From Choristocarpus tenellus KU-1152 (Eukaryota > Protista > Phaeophyceae), in contig CAXNAD020000057.1 in assembly GCA_964200185.2 (NCBI GenBank), positions 1 through 34,008 on the forward strand: a stretch of 34,008 bases of DNA, in the 5' to 3' direction. The position numbers were made by a program, and so were the translations under genes. Of the stretch, positions 1-12,038 are shown in pieces (position 1 is the stretch's first letter; every line of letters begins with the position of its first letter). The notes below the pieces were generated by a model. The model saw only the letters and a list, made by a program, of their open reading frames with translations. It was not told the origin of the DNA and searched no databases.

Positions 1-1672
1 GAGTGATTACTTTGACAACAGGGGTGAGGGCTGTAGTGGTGTCACTGGGAATCGTGGTGGAAGAGGGGGAGGGGGAGATGAGGGTGGGGGAAGGAGGGAA
101 GGAGGAGAGCATGGGGAGATGACATCCACACCAGCTGCATTGAGTTGGCAATCTGGGGCAACCTCATTAGTTGGCAGTGACTGGACCACGCCCCCATCAG
201 ATGAAGTTATTACAACTCCCATAACAAGATCTAGGAGGGCAGCATTATCTGGGATTGAAGGTCCTGGGTATACTCTTAAAGCGCCTGAGGCAGGGACAGG
301 AGCTTCAAGGGGTGCTAGGGCTGACAGTGAGACTTTGACAACCATTTCAAGGACAACGCCTGGTTCAAATGCATCAAGGTCACAACTGCGCCAACCCTCT
401 TCCTCATCATGGTCTGAATCCCCTGGGAGGGAGCCTCGCCGTCACCATAGGCGCCGGAGTCGGAGTCGGGTCTCTCCACCTCCCCCCCCAGCTCCACCGA
501 GGTTGACAAGAGACCACCCAGATGGTGGTGGCAATGAAAACGAGTGGAAAAGGGGACGTTCCCCTGTTTCTGTTCCTACCCCTTTGTCTGGCACAGCTCC
601 TTCTATGAACCCAGGATCGACCGCAGCAGCAGTGTTGGTTGCTAGCAAGGGTACTCCACCCCGAGCTCGACCTAGATCCCTCTGTATATGTTCAGCGAGC
701 AACTCTTTGAAGATGGGGCTATTGGCTGCCTCAGGAAGTGTGGGACAGAGTTGCGTGGCAGGGTCTGGTAGCCAAGTCAGCAATACTGTTGGCCGTGGCA
801 GGCGACGAAGGAGAGCTGGATCGGCTCCACCCCAAAGCGGGGGATGGAGCAGTAGTAGTTACCAGGTTGGGGGATTATTGACCGGGGCAGGGGTAGGGGT
901 AGGTGTTGATGGTGTTCCTGGGGCTAGGCCAAGTCGAATGTTGCCAGGGGTCTTATCAACTCCACTCCCTCCACCAAGCAGTTTTGTGCCTGGCTCAGGG
1001 GGCTCAGGGGGTTCTCCAGTGTCTTGGAGTTCAGGTGGGAATAACAATGGCCATTGGGGACAGGGTGTGTCTAGGGGTGGGTCAGGGGCTGGTGCTGGGG
1101 GGGATGTGGCGAGGCGATTTGGCTCAGGACCGGGAGGATATGTCAACAATGGATCAATGAAGATGATGGAGGGTTGGGAGAGGTCACCATCTTGGCCTTC
1201 GCCCAAGGAGGCTGTAGCAGTGGTAGCAGGTAAGGATACTTCTGGCCCTGCAGCCCTAGCTGGCCTTTTGGCCGGATCTGTGGCGAGCCTTGTAGCCAGA
1301 CCTGGGGCAACTGGGGTTAATTTTTCACCAAGGGGAAGGGTCAGAAGGAGGCGTTCTTATTCCGGAGGCTGGGGAGTGACCCCTACAGCGGTAGGCCTTG
1401 CGGCGCCCAAGAGTGGGAGGGGAGACCTTCCTCTCAAGAGTCACACTTTGGAAGGGATGCATAAGGTGGTGACTGCTGGTTCTGTTTCTCAGGGACCACC
1501 ACCTGATGAGATGTTGGCGGTGACGGCAGGAGGGGAATATCGAGGAGAAGATTTGGTCAAGGAGGAGGCTGATGATGAATCCCAAGGCCAGAGAGAGGTT
1601 GGGAGTTTGGTTGAAAAGAAAGATGATGCTGCAGTCCTACTTAGTGAGGTGGTTGAACTGCTCAGAGGCCAG
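1..1672 (+). CDS. TPR gene, giant low-complexity exon (starts left of the window)
   Basis: Frame open from position 2 to donor CAG|GTATGA at 1673; contains ORF 119..1678; S/G/P/R-rich with RRRSRSRVSP. Confidence 0.85.
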
Positions 1673-4600
1673 GTATGACCTGTGGGAAGTGAGGGGGCTA
1701 GCAAGTTTCTTATTTAACTGATTGAACTTAAGTCGCCATATCCTTCCATGATGAGAAGACGATTTTTTTGTAGTTATCTTTGGAAGGAGTTTATACAGTT
1801 TCTTTACCTTCAAATGCTACATGTATTGTTACTTGAGTCTGTTCTGTTTGTGGATCTTGCATGAAGTTTGATGCCATTGCTTTCAATGTTCTGACCACAT
1901 CCCACTCACCCAACTCTCAACTGTGCTATCCCTATTTCTGTAAAGACCCTGATTAAGTCTGGAGTGATTATTGGTGGTTATCTTACCCCTTGATTGTTTG
2001 TCCTTACTTCTCCTTCCGTGCCCTTCCGTGCCCTACCTACCCTGTCCCACTCTTATTTAGAGTAATGCTCGAGATGATTCAGCAGAGCTTTTTTTGCGCA
2101 GGTCGCTTGATATTCATGAGAAGGTATACCGTTACCAATTGACCAACTGCATCTTTGTTTAGTCTGTGTTTGTGTGAATGTGTGCTTGAATGTGAGTACA
2201 TCTGAAGGGAAGAGGGGCGCGGAGTCCATACCGGGGGGGATGGGATTCGGTAATTCAAGGACAAGAGATGGGACTAGTGTGTTTTTTGGATGGCAGTGTT
2301 GGTACTTATAATCTTACTTGCCTAGAATAAGTATGTGATATTCGCACAATGTCAACATGGCGGGAAATGATGTATGGTGATGGGAGATATGGATGGTAAT
2401 ACATGTTGAATGTTTTTTAACGCTATTCTTATCTTTTGTGGGGTTGAGTATCTGTGATGGTAATGGTTATGCAATCGAAGGGTGGTGTTTTAGCTACTGA
2501 GATTATAGGTGATGGAATAGGATTGCACCCATTATGGATTATTCTTTCTGTATTTGCAGCTGATAATATTGAGGGTTTTGCACTTGATGTAAGGAGCTTG
2601 ATGCGCTAGTGGGGTTAGTAATTTGTTGGTGTTGTAGGATCAACCTTTTGTTCACCCATTTCTTCGAAAGCTTGAATGAGATCAAGATGATATATGGTTT
2701 GTTTTTAGAAATATATTTTGTTCCAATTCCTCGATATACCTAACTTTGTTGTGTTCCTGGATAGCATCCATAATGCCCCCCCCTCCCCTTAACTCAAACT
2801 CCAGTAGTATCTCTGTTCTTCGTTCTCCGAACTGGCTCTCTAGGGTGTTTATGGATTAAACGGAGAGTTAGTCAATTCTGTTTCTAAGGAAATGTTTATA
2901 GGCAGCATTCTCTTGCTTCACAACCTACTGTAGTATATAGATACTAAATATATTTACAGTGCTTCTCCTGCTGTCTCTTGAGCTGATTTGATGAATTTCC
3001 TTGGTCGCTTCTTTTTTGTTGTTGCAGATAATATTATGTACCTATTTCATTCTTAAGCAATGATAAAAAAAAATTATTTTCAAGTGAAAGATGGGTTCTA
3101 TATATAGGCTGACGTTTTTCTACCTGTTAAATTAAGCACTTGAGTAGAAAATAACATCTTTGTTATTTTCCTGATTAATGGGAAAAAAATCGACCAGTTT
3201 TCGTTTTTTGCGGATGAGAACAACTTGCCGCTTGTGAATGTGTTCCTTTCATACATACACATATTGTGCGACATTACCTCTCCTGACTAGGTCTATTTTA
3301 TCCCGAAGGTGTACTTTGAAGTATGTGAGGTCTTATGCTCGAAGTGTGCACAGCGCATTCTTACTAATGGCTCTGCAGCCAACCCTTGTTTACTCAAAAC
3401 CAGCAAACCCAACTGCTGTGGTACTGTAGTAGTAATAGTTATTTCACAGTCCTAACCCTAACCCTTAACCCTAACCCTTAACCCTAACCCTTCCCTATTG
3501 ATATTTTTTTTCTCAACTGGTTGGTGTCATGCTCTTGCTTTTCCTCTCGTCTCACCCTGAAGTCATCCATGGCCCCATTGATCATGTTATGATATCACTG
3601 TGCGTGTTCTTTGGCTGTTTATGTGTTTATGTGTACATAAGTAACATTACAGTTAGTTTTTAGAAATGCATATTTTGACTTTTTTTTTTGAAAATTCAAA
3701 AATACCTTTTCCATCTCATGAAAGGTGTATCATGCTAAGACTGGTTTGTTCATATACATTTTTCTGTTTGTCGTATGCATGGTTTTTTGCTGTTCCGGGT
3801 GTTGTCATATTCTGCAGCTCTATGGACCAGAGCATGTGGAGGTGGCCACTGACCTGTCGAACCTTGCGGAGGTGCTGCAGGATTCAGGTAAAAGGCCTAA
3901 CGCCAGAGCCAAGAGTTCTTTTTGTTTTGATCTTCAGAGATGATCCTGATGATAGGACTCTTTTTTGTTTTTTTGTTGAATTTTTGAGTCTTCCAGAAAG
4001 AGGCGTTCTGCAAATTAAATTATCTGAAAACACACTCAGAACAGTTCAGGATTCAAAATTTCCGTATAGAATTCTTAGAAGAAAATTGCATTGTGTCATG
4101 AGGCTTGTCTCTAAGAAACGTTTCTGTTGGGAGTTTTTTTAAAATTCATGTAGCAGCCAGGCAGGGTCTTCGCACGTCGGAGCTCGTTGTTCCTATCCTT
4201 TTTTTACATTTTTTTTTTCTTCCTTCTTAGTGGCGGTTTATACGTATGTGCTACAATGAACTCAGGTAAAGTAGGCGTTGGGAGTGAGGTGAAGTGTTGG
4301 TATTGTTTGTGATTGCAGAAGACTGTTGATTTTGCGACATGGTGTGTTTCGCATGGAACACAGCCTTATACATGTGCCTTAGAAGGTACAGTGTCGTCCT
4401 CTTTGACAAACGTACATGAATACGTCCCCACACAATAACATCAATCAGGGGACATTGAGCGGGCAGAACCCCTTCACAGAAGGGCGCTGAGGATCCGTGA
4501 GAGAGAGCTGGGTCCTGATCATCCTGATGTTGCCATGACACTCAGCAACTTAGCGCTGGTGCTGCGCTCAAAGGTTTGTCAAATTTCTGTTACTTCAGTT

Positions 4601-7399
4601 ACGTTTTTGGCTTAGGGTTAGGGGTTGGTTTGTAATGCTTACGGTTGAGGGGGTGCAGTTGGTGTTGGGCTATGGTTTGGAGGCAGAACTGGCTTCGGGT
4701 ATAAAATAATAAAGTATTTCAGGAACATTTGTTTTGGTGCGCAAATATCTCTGCGCGCTATAGTCTTTGGATTAGGATCAGTTTAGCACTGTGTATGTAG
4801 CATGAACCACTCGTTAGAATTAAGATAATGGGATCTTTGTGTGGTGGGTGGAGGACAAGTCCCAAAAACCCCTGAAATCTGCTGACAAAGGAATCGGAGG
4901 GTTGATGGCATATATGATGTTCGTATAACTAATGGTTTAAGATGTGCCTGTAGTGATATTATGTTAATGGTTTCTTGCACAGTTGTGCTGTCCTGCTGAC
5001 AGAACTTGAACTTCATGCCTTACCTACTGTGTTGAAGAGATTGGGGGCACGTAAGGCTCGTTGCTGAGAGCGAGCAATTAATTAAATAAGATACGTGGTA
5101 AAACATACACTGAATTATTAATTGTCCACTGGGTGCCCAATATCACTAGTATTTTCCCACTGCACTGATGTGTACGTTACTACTTTGTATTGTGCCGAAA
5201 AAAAAGATAAAACGTACGCGAAACCTATGTTATATGCTTGTATCTTTTGTTAGTATACATACAATGGAAGGATAACACTTATGTAATAATATTCGACATA
5301 CTGTTGTATATTACCAATATTTAGAACTTAGGTGGCACAAATGAAACTATGAATGAGATGTAATGACTAATGTGGAACTGAGGAAGTAGGATATTTAAAT
5401 GAGAGACTAAGACTTGGGGAGGCTGGGGAGGGTGGGGGGGAGAGTGACATTGTTGCTGTGCAAATAGTGTGTATGGGATGACATTGCACACGTCGACCTT
5501 GCACCATCATGAGTACTCTTTCCAATATTATGTCTTTTCTCACTATCCAATTTCTCTATTTTTTCTGATACAATATAAATTGTTAGGAGGGTTTCCTCAA
5601 AGAGGCACAGGAGTATCAACTTCGTGCAACGAGCATTTGGGAAAGGGCATATGCAGCTGTATCCTCGGAAGCCCAGGATGGTGAGGGGGAAAGAGGAGAG
5701 GAGGCGGTGGAAGGGATGGGGAATGAGGAGATGAAGCAGTCGGCTCGTTGTCGTGTTGGTGGAAAGGATGGTGAGATATGATGGGGGTGTTTACACTAGA
5801 TGGGCATCGCTTTCATTTTCAGGGTAAGTAAATGTTCTTTTGGTTTTTTGGTAGCATGCCAATTTTGACAGGAGATCAGATACTGCTGCCTTCTTCATGC
5901 TGAAAGGTTTGCAGGTTGCAATGACTGTGCAAGTTAATGCTGCTGACAGTATGACTGACCTTGCTCCATTAAAACTGTCATAGATTTCATTTGCTAATAT
6001 TCCATACTACCAACCGCATGTTTTATTTCTCTGTCTGTTACATGTAGGAAAAACGCAAGCTGTTGTATGAGATCTAACACGTCTTTGCAACATATGAAAC
6101 TGAACTGTTGTACTGACGTCAAGGGCTACATATCCTGTTGTTGTCTTCAGCCCGTTTCTGATAAGTCTCCCTCTGTTCTGTAATCATCCTCAGAACCTTC
6201 AGCTTGTATCTTGATCAATTAAAAAAAATAGTAGTTGAGAAGAACCATTTAAAGAACATAGAGAGATTTCTATTAGAAACCCTCTTGATTATGTATCTTG
6301 GATAGTAACTTTCTTTACACACTTAAAAAAAAAATTCGCGTACAGGAGAGGTAAGTTTTGATATCTTTGTTTTTCACTATCTTTTAATATACATTAAAAT
6401 ATAAACTTATGCTCTTAGAAGTATGTACTCATGTTTTCCTCCTCAAACCTCCTAATCCCCCCCCCCCTCCCTCCCTCCCTCTGACAATTTCTTCCCTTTG
6501 CTGCCCCTTTGAACCCCATAACTCTTTTGACAGCCCCAGCCCCAGTGTCAACCGCCATAGACAACATTGCTGTTCCCAAGTTTGTATCGGCGTTGCAATC
6601 TCTTCGTGCCAAGAAGAAGCTGGAGGAAGCAGGAAAGACTCCAACTAAGCCGGCGCCTAACCCAAAGACCAAGCCACCAGTGTCGCCCTTGAAATTCGAC
6701 CTTTTGTCTTGGCTAGGACGTCCCGACTCACGTAGGAAGAAGAACGTTTCTCCCAAAGCATCCCAACGTTTTGTCGGAACAGGAGGTGGCAGGAGTGGAG
6801 CCCTGGAACCGAGCAATGCACCAAGGGAGGATGTTCTTCGGGGAGAAATGATTGCTTCGTCTCATGGCTCATCAATGAGCTCGGTGTGTTCCACAGATTC
6901 GGTTGTGTTGGAGGCCTCAGGTGCTGTGTCGTTTTCTGCGGCAGCAGCGCAGGTTTCGATGATGTCGATTTCGGCGGTGAAGAAGGACAAGGGGAAGAAC
7001 GGAAAGGAGAAGGAGAAGAGAAGAGAGAGTGTGTTGGCGCGAGTGCATGGGCAGACAAAGAAAGTGAAAGGGGAAGCGGAGGGGGAAGCGGAGGGGGAAG
7101 CGGAGGGGGAAGGCACTCCTCCCGCTGATACCAAGGAGGTACCTTTGGCTGTTGTGTCGGTGAAGGAAGCGGTAGTGGGATCGAAGAAGGGACAGGAGAG
7201 CAACCCCAATACCTCGACAGCCGCAGGGATAGTTAGTAAGAGGGAGACTGGTGTTGATGTTGTGATCGTGGAGGGGAATGGTGATGAAAAAGAGAATGGG
7301 AGGATGGCAAAGGAAGTTCTTCCGAGGGGAGGATGGACAGGCATGGGCGAGGTTCGGTCATCGCGATGGGACAGCATTGTGGAGTGGCTCAACACATGA
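1..7399 (+). CDS. Gene span (5'-partial): large S/G/P/R-rich protein with kinesin-light-chain/nephrocystin-3-type TPR repeats
   Basis: Exons <1-1672, 2061-2123, 3818-3887, 4449-4573, 5587-5770, 6534-7399 join in frame through GT-AG introns (phases 0,0,1,0,1). Spliced core: DDAAVLLSEVVELLRGQ/SNARDDSAELFLRRSLDIHEK/LYGPEHVEVATDLSNLAEVLQDSG/DIERAEPLHRRALRIRERELGPDHPDVAMTLSNLALVLRSK/EGFLKEAQEYQLRATSIWERAY, matching the LGxxHPxxAxxLxNLA TPR pattern. Confidence 0.88.
2061..2123 (+). CDS. TPR gene exon (SNARDDSAELFLRRSLDIHEK)
   Basis: Pyrimidine tract then TTTAG acceptor; AAG|GTATAC donor; 63 nt, phase 0-0; TPR helix B. Confidence 0.85.
3451..3492. repeat. Interstitial telomere-like repeat (CCCTAA/CCCTTAA)n in a TPR-gene intron
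   Basis: cctaaccctaacccttaaccctaacccttaaccctaaccctt. Confidence 0.85.
3818..3887 (+). CDS. TPR gene exon (LYGPEHVEVATDLSNLAEVLQDS)
   Basis: TGCAG acceptor; CAG|GTAAAA donor; 70 nt, phase 0-1. Confidence 0.9.
4449..4573 (+). CDS. TPR gene exon (DIERAEPLHRRALRIRERELGPDHPDVAMTLSNLALVLRSK)
   Basis: ATCAG acceptor; AAG|GTTTGT donor; 125 nt, phase 1-0; canonical KLC-type TPR repeat. Confidence 0.92.
5587..5770 (+). CDS. TPR gene exon (EGFLKEAQEYQLRATSIWERAY...GGKD)
   Basis: GTTAG acceptor; G|GTGAGA donor at 5771; 184 nt, phase 0-1, matching the next exon. Confidence 0.78.
6534..7399 (+). CDS. TPR gene terminal exon, K/E/S-rich tail ending RWDSIVEWLNT*
   Basis: Long pyrimidine tract then GACAG acceptor at 6533; phase 1 fits the upstream exon; lies in ORF 6509..7399. 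Confidence 0.78.
7070..7112 (+). repeat. Coding 12-bp tandem repeat (GGGGAAGCGGAG)x3.5 encoding GEAE repeats
   Basis: Visible directly; protein KGEAEGEAEGEAEGEG. Confidence 0.9.
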
Positions 7400-10019
7400 T
7401 ACGTAACACAGGTTACAAAACCCGGGGAAGAAACACACATGGTCACCTGTTCATGTTTTGAGTCCATCCACCTGTCTGTCTGCCTGTCTTCCTTTGCGCT
7501 GGATTTTACCCTCAGTAGTGGTGTTATTATCTCTTTCAGCGTTAGCCAGATTGGTTTAGCGATTGATTCCTTGATTCCATCTTGATTAGGTGAACATGAA
7601 CACATTGTATTGATATGCTGCTCTGGAGGCGTGGTATATCTCTGCCGTTGAGTGTTTGGATTTGTGCCTTTTGGAGTACATGGAACGTTCATCAGACCTC
7701 ATTTGGTGCGAGGTGTGGTGTCATCATGCTTTGCTTTTGGCACTTGGAGCTCAATCGCACATGCTTTTCTGCCTCACATACTTGGTATTATTTTTGATAG
7801 TACCAAGTGGGGCTGTTTTGTGTACGTACGTACCTTTCTACTCTTTGAAGGTGGTACACACTTGTGCAGTGACATATCTGAGTGATGATGTGTTGGGTTA
7901 TGACTGCTTACACTGGGAGGGGATGAAAACACCAATAATGGGTGTGAATTGGCTTAATTCTTTCTGTTGGGGTTGTCGCAAGAAAATGCAAGGTACAGTA
8001 AAGATAGTTTTTAAAATCTGACCTTTTCTGACCTTTTTTTTCAATCGTTTTGTTATGATGCTATGAGCTTTGCGTACACAACACAAGCCCTCTCTTTTGG
8101 GGAGGTCTTGCAGTTGTGCACATCTTGACCTTTTGATAGCTTCAGTCTGTGGGTTCTGAGAGTTGTAGATGAAGAAGAGAAGAGTGGGAGAAGGAATAGA
8201 CACTGTTCTGAGATGTGGGGGGGAAGTGCTATTTTGTCAGGGGTGGTCGGCAATTTATTGGCGATGGGATTTTTTTCCCTGTGGAAACTGAAGGGGAAAG
8301 GGTGAGGTAGATATGGATATAGAGAGAACAGAGAGGAGAATACTCTGGATGGAGTGTTGAATTTCTTGAGGTGGCGTTTTTCTGTTGTAGCTCTGATGGG
8401 ACATTACTCGGTTAGTGCTTTTTCTGGAGATCATTTGTTTTTTGAAGTGTTTTTTGTGTTATTATATATATTGTTTTGTGTGTGTGGGATATGCTTGTTT
8501 TATTTTCTGTTTATTTGTCATGCGTTGTTCATCTATTCATCCGAGGTGACTAGCTGCTGAGTGACAGAGAGAAGAGCTTTTATAGCTTCTTTAGTAGGCA
8601 GTAGTTAGGTGTGCCTAATTGAGCCATGTATCTCTGGCTAGAGACTGCAGGCCAATATATGGATGGCCTGTTAGTTTTTGGAATCACGACAGCCAAATGA
8701 CTCCTATGTTTTCATTTTTGCCTTGCCTTGACTTGTCTTAGAAATGGTGGCTTCATATACAAGTGAGGGTGCATATGTGTATTGTCTGGATGTACATTTT
8801 GGTTCATTGCCTCTATATGATCCATCTCCCCCACCCCACTTTTTTTGTTTGTTTGTAGTTTACTTTTTTTTATAGCCGTAACTAAGTGTAGATTTGCAAC
8901 CAATTACGTGTACTTGTAGCATGTTTGTGTCTTGCATGGGATACTTGGGATACTTGTTCAAATTTTTGCCTGCGATTTTTCCATCACATGATCATAATTA
9001 GGACAACAAGGAGAGGAGAAAAGGAAATTGATGTTACGAAGCAGTTGATGACTGATAGGTGTTACACAAGGGGTTTATGGTGCTGCTTTACATGGATTTT
9101 TTCAAGCCTCCTTATTTCAGCCAGTGAGTGCTGGTGGTTTGTTTTGTGTGCGTTATTTTTTATTGATATACGGTCACGAACGCGTAGTCTGTCTGCAGCT
9201 TTCTTTGTTTCGTATGTGGAAAGTTGGATGCACAGCCTAGATACATAATAATAGTTTAAATGATAAACACAATGAAGCTAGCCTGGTCTGCCCATCCATG
9301 TTTTTTGTTATTGCCTGGGTTTGGAACATATCCAGAACATCAGTCAAGGCAGTAGCCACCAGTGTTCGAAATTAAACATCCATTTAGTTTCCAGCTTTTT
9401 TTTGCAGGTGAGTGCCCAGAAATGATACTGTTTTAGCACAATTAGCAGGTAGATGGTGAGTAATTGCTGCCTAGAGTAAAAAGATAATAGATAGCAACAA
9501 AGATGGTATGCATAGATAGGTACGATGTCGTGTGATTATTGCCGTATGTTCCTATAGTGTACCCAAGGAGCAGTGCTTGAAATTGTGTTTCGGTTTTTAG
9601 TTGGCAGTACGGTACGACTACGAAACTGCCAATAGTATAACTAGGATCACCTGCATTGCTCTCTTCGAATGTTTAAGCACACTGCTTCACTAACTGCCCA
9701 TTTTAAAGTTGGTTGAAAGTGGGAAAGTTCTGGAACCGTTGCTGGCTCGCCCAGCAAAAAGGTCTCTAAAAAGAACGTCCGTCACTTTCATGCATGTATG
9801 TAATATTCAGCAAAAAAAGAGGCAGGTTCAGTACACAGTGAAAAACTTGTCCTGTGGGGGTTAGGGTTTAGATGTCACACTTGTTCACAGCTTTGCTTCT
9901 ACCATCAACATCTGCTTACTGTTTTGAAGTAGTACTTGTCTACTATTTAATGCACATAGTATCCTAGTGGGAGGGTCAGACGTCCGTTCAGGGCCTTTGT
10001 AACTCTGTCATGATATCCA

Positions 10020-10900
10020 TGTCATTAGAGTGAAAGTATCAGATGTTAGAGCAATTTCCTTCAACCAGATCTATACCTTCTTTTCTGTACCCCTCCCTGG
10101 ATCAGATCCAAAGAAAAATCAACCCCAAAACAGGCATCAAACTGGGGTGTTTCACAAAACTCCAAGCCCAGAATGGATGACCTGGTCTAACCTCCTCTAC
10201 CCTCTAGGATACTATGAGCCTTCACTCTAGGAGCACTGCAAGATGAAGGGCCATGTGTAAGGAGTAATGAGTCACATTCTGTCTGCAAGTGTGTGAGGGA
10301 GGGTGTGTTTGAAATGACTGCAGGAGCTGTGACAAAGAACAAACAACACACCTTGGTTCAGTGAAAAATTCAAGTCCGGCATTACCTTGTTCAAATGATC
10401 CATGTACAACTTGAAAAAAAATCAAATCCCAAAACTGGTCCCAACCCACACCCCTCCCAAAATACTCACTTAAAGAAATCTATTTTGGATGTCTCAGACT
10501 ATACTGGAGTATCTGATCCGCCACATGAAACTTCCAAAGATGGACGTCTCAAATTCCAATTGATCCCCTACGACAAAACCTTCATGATAGAAATAAATCA
10601 TTCCTCTTGACAAAAGAGGTTATTCATCTCTTGCAAGAATCAAATTGTAATACTTGTATTGTATACATTTGTGAGCTTTTTCTGCTACAGATGTAATCAT
10701 CCATTGTCAGGATGACCCCAACCATTTAACAATTACACCAACTACAAAACCCAGATATAAGAATATTTACTCTGATCTTGGAGTTCTCCTCACCGCCATC
10801 AAGCAAAACACCAAGCACTACAAGCAGAAAACTCCACAAACAACGAGCCATAAGAGCGATAGAAAGGAAGCAGGCATTCTTGATTGAAACTAGCAACTAT
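10020..10900 (+). pseudogene. Decayed coding-like fragment of unknown family (TE or pseudogene relic)
   Basis: Hand count about 4 CG in 10021-10620; broken + strand frames (ORFs 10030-10230, 10395-10610). No recognisable domain; boundaries approximate. Confidence 0.3.
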
Positions 10901-12017
10901 AAAACATGCATGAAAGAAATGTTGGCATATAAACCTTGACCATCCTAAGGTTCCTTGCATCACAATTCAACGTACTTTTTTTCTCTTCTGTTACAGGTCA
11001 AATATGAACTCCCTCAATCAAATTTCCCCCACATGAAAAGAATAATAAAAGCATGACCTCAAAGAGTCGTTCCTTCCCGTTGGAAAACAAAAACTACCGT
11101 CAAGTTTTTTCTTTTTTACATTTGTTGGCTGCGTTCTGTCTCACCTAGACAAAAAGAATGGTGACATTTCATTTGTTTAAAAATAAAGAGACATTTCATG
11201 TTAACGCGCATGGTATACTCAGAAATTCAACCTTTTACCTTGCCAACAAGGGCAGCTCTAACTCTAACCTCCCTGCCAGGAGTCCACACTCCACATGCCG
11301 ACACATACACCCCATCTGACCTTAACCCACCCCAGAGGTGGGGGGAATCCATGACAGGACAGGGATGCGACTCCATAATTAAGCAAGCCAAACCACCACC
11401 AATCTTTGTGAGCTGTTCCCCACACCCAAAAAATATACTATAATGATTGCAAACAAAATAGTCATACCCGTACTGTTTCTTCCCATTAATGGGCACCCTT
11501 TCCCAGTGGCAAGACCCGTCCTGATTGTTATACTACAACAAAATCAGTAGCCGCCAAGATACTCAGGCGGACAAGTCGTCAGCAACCCTGTCGTCAGTGT
11601 GTTCCAGTTCACCCCCCCCCCCCCCCACCCAACGCCTGCATCGTGCCGACAAAACCTCCGCTAGAATAACAAACTGAAAAGTGCGTCCACTCCGCCACCC
11701 ATATTAAGTTCGAAAGAAGGGAAGGAGGGACGAAACTTAAGGAGATTCACGGGAGCTCATTCATGGCATACACTGTGGGATGATTCATACAATCAACCTA
11801 TGTGCAAAATGTATGTTCAATACTGGTAAGGTAGCATGAACTAGTGGGGGACAAAACATGACAAACCTTGACACCAAGGGCAGGGGATAGAAATAAAAAG
11901 GTGCACTGATCACTATACTATTAGACAGGTGAAATTGAGGGAGCCCTTGACGTATGCTCCTTGTCCAGCATCGCTCAGTAAAGGGAAAAATGCTGTGTTC
12001 TGCCACACCACTGAATG

Positions 12018-12038
12018 TTAGAATCCATGAAGAACCAC
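12018..12038 (-). CDS. SUI1: eIF1 exon 4 (VVLHGF*)
   Basis: ATCAG acceptor then gtg gtt ctt cat gga ttc taa; conserved HGF C-terminus. Confidence 0.93.
   Translation of the reverse strand: MVLHGF

Noticed and set aside
7-1704. Antisense and alternate-frame ORFs over TPR exon 1 (also 6415-7692 over the last exon)
   Set aside because: Shadow ORFs of GC-rich low-complexity coding sequence; no motifs or splice support.
3932-4115. Possible ~185-bp MITE (cttcagagatgatcctgatga ... tcatgaggcttgtctctaag)
   Set aside because: Inverted repeat has about 5 mismatches or gaps in 21 nt, no target-site duplication and no second copy seen.
9601-9632. Hairpin TTGGCAGT...ACTGCCAA
   Set aside because: An 8-bp stem is expected by chance in 34 kb; no RNA-gene features.
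7400-10000. Short ORFs (60-121 aa) downstream of the TPR gene
   Set aside because: GT/T-rich 3' UTR or intergenic composition; no domains or consistent exon chain.
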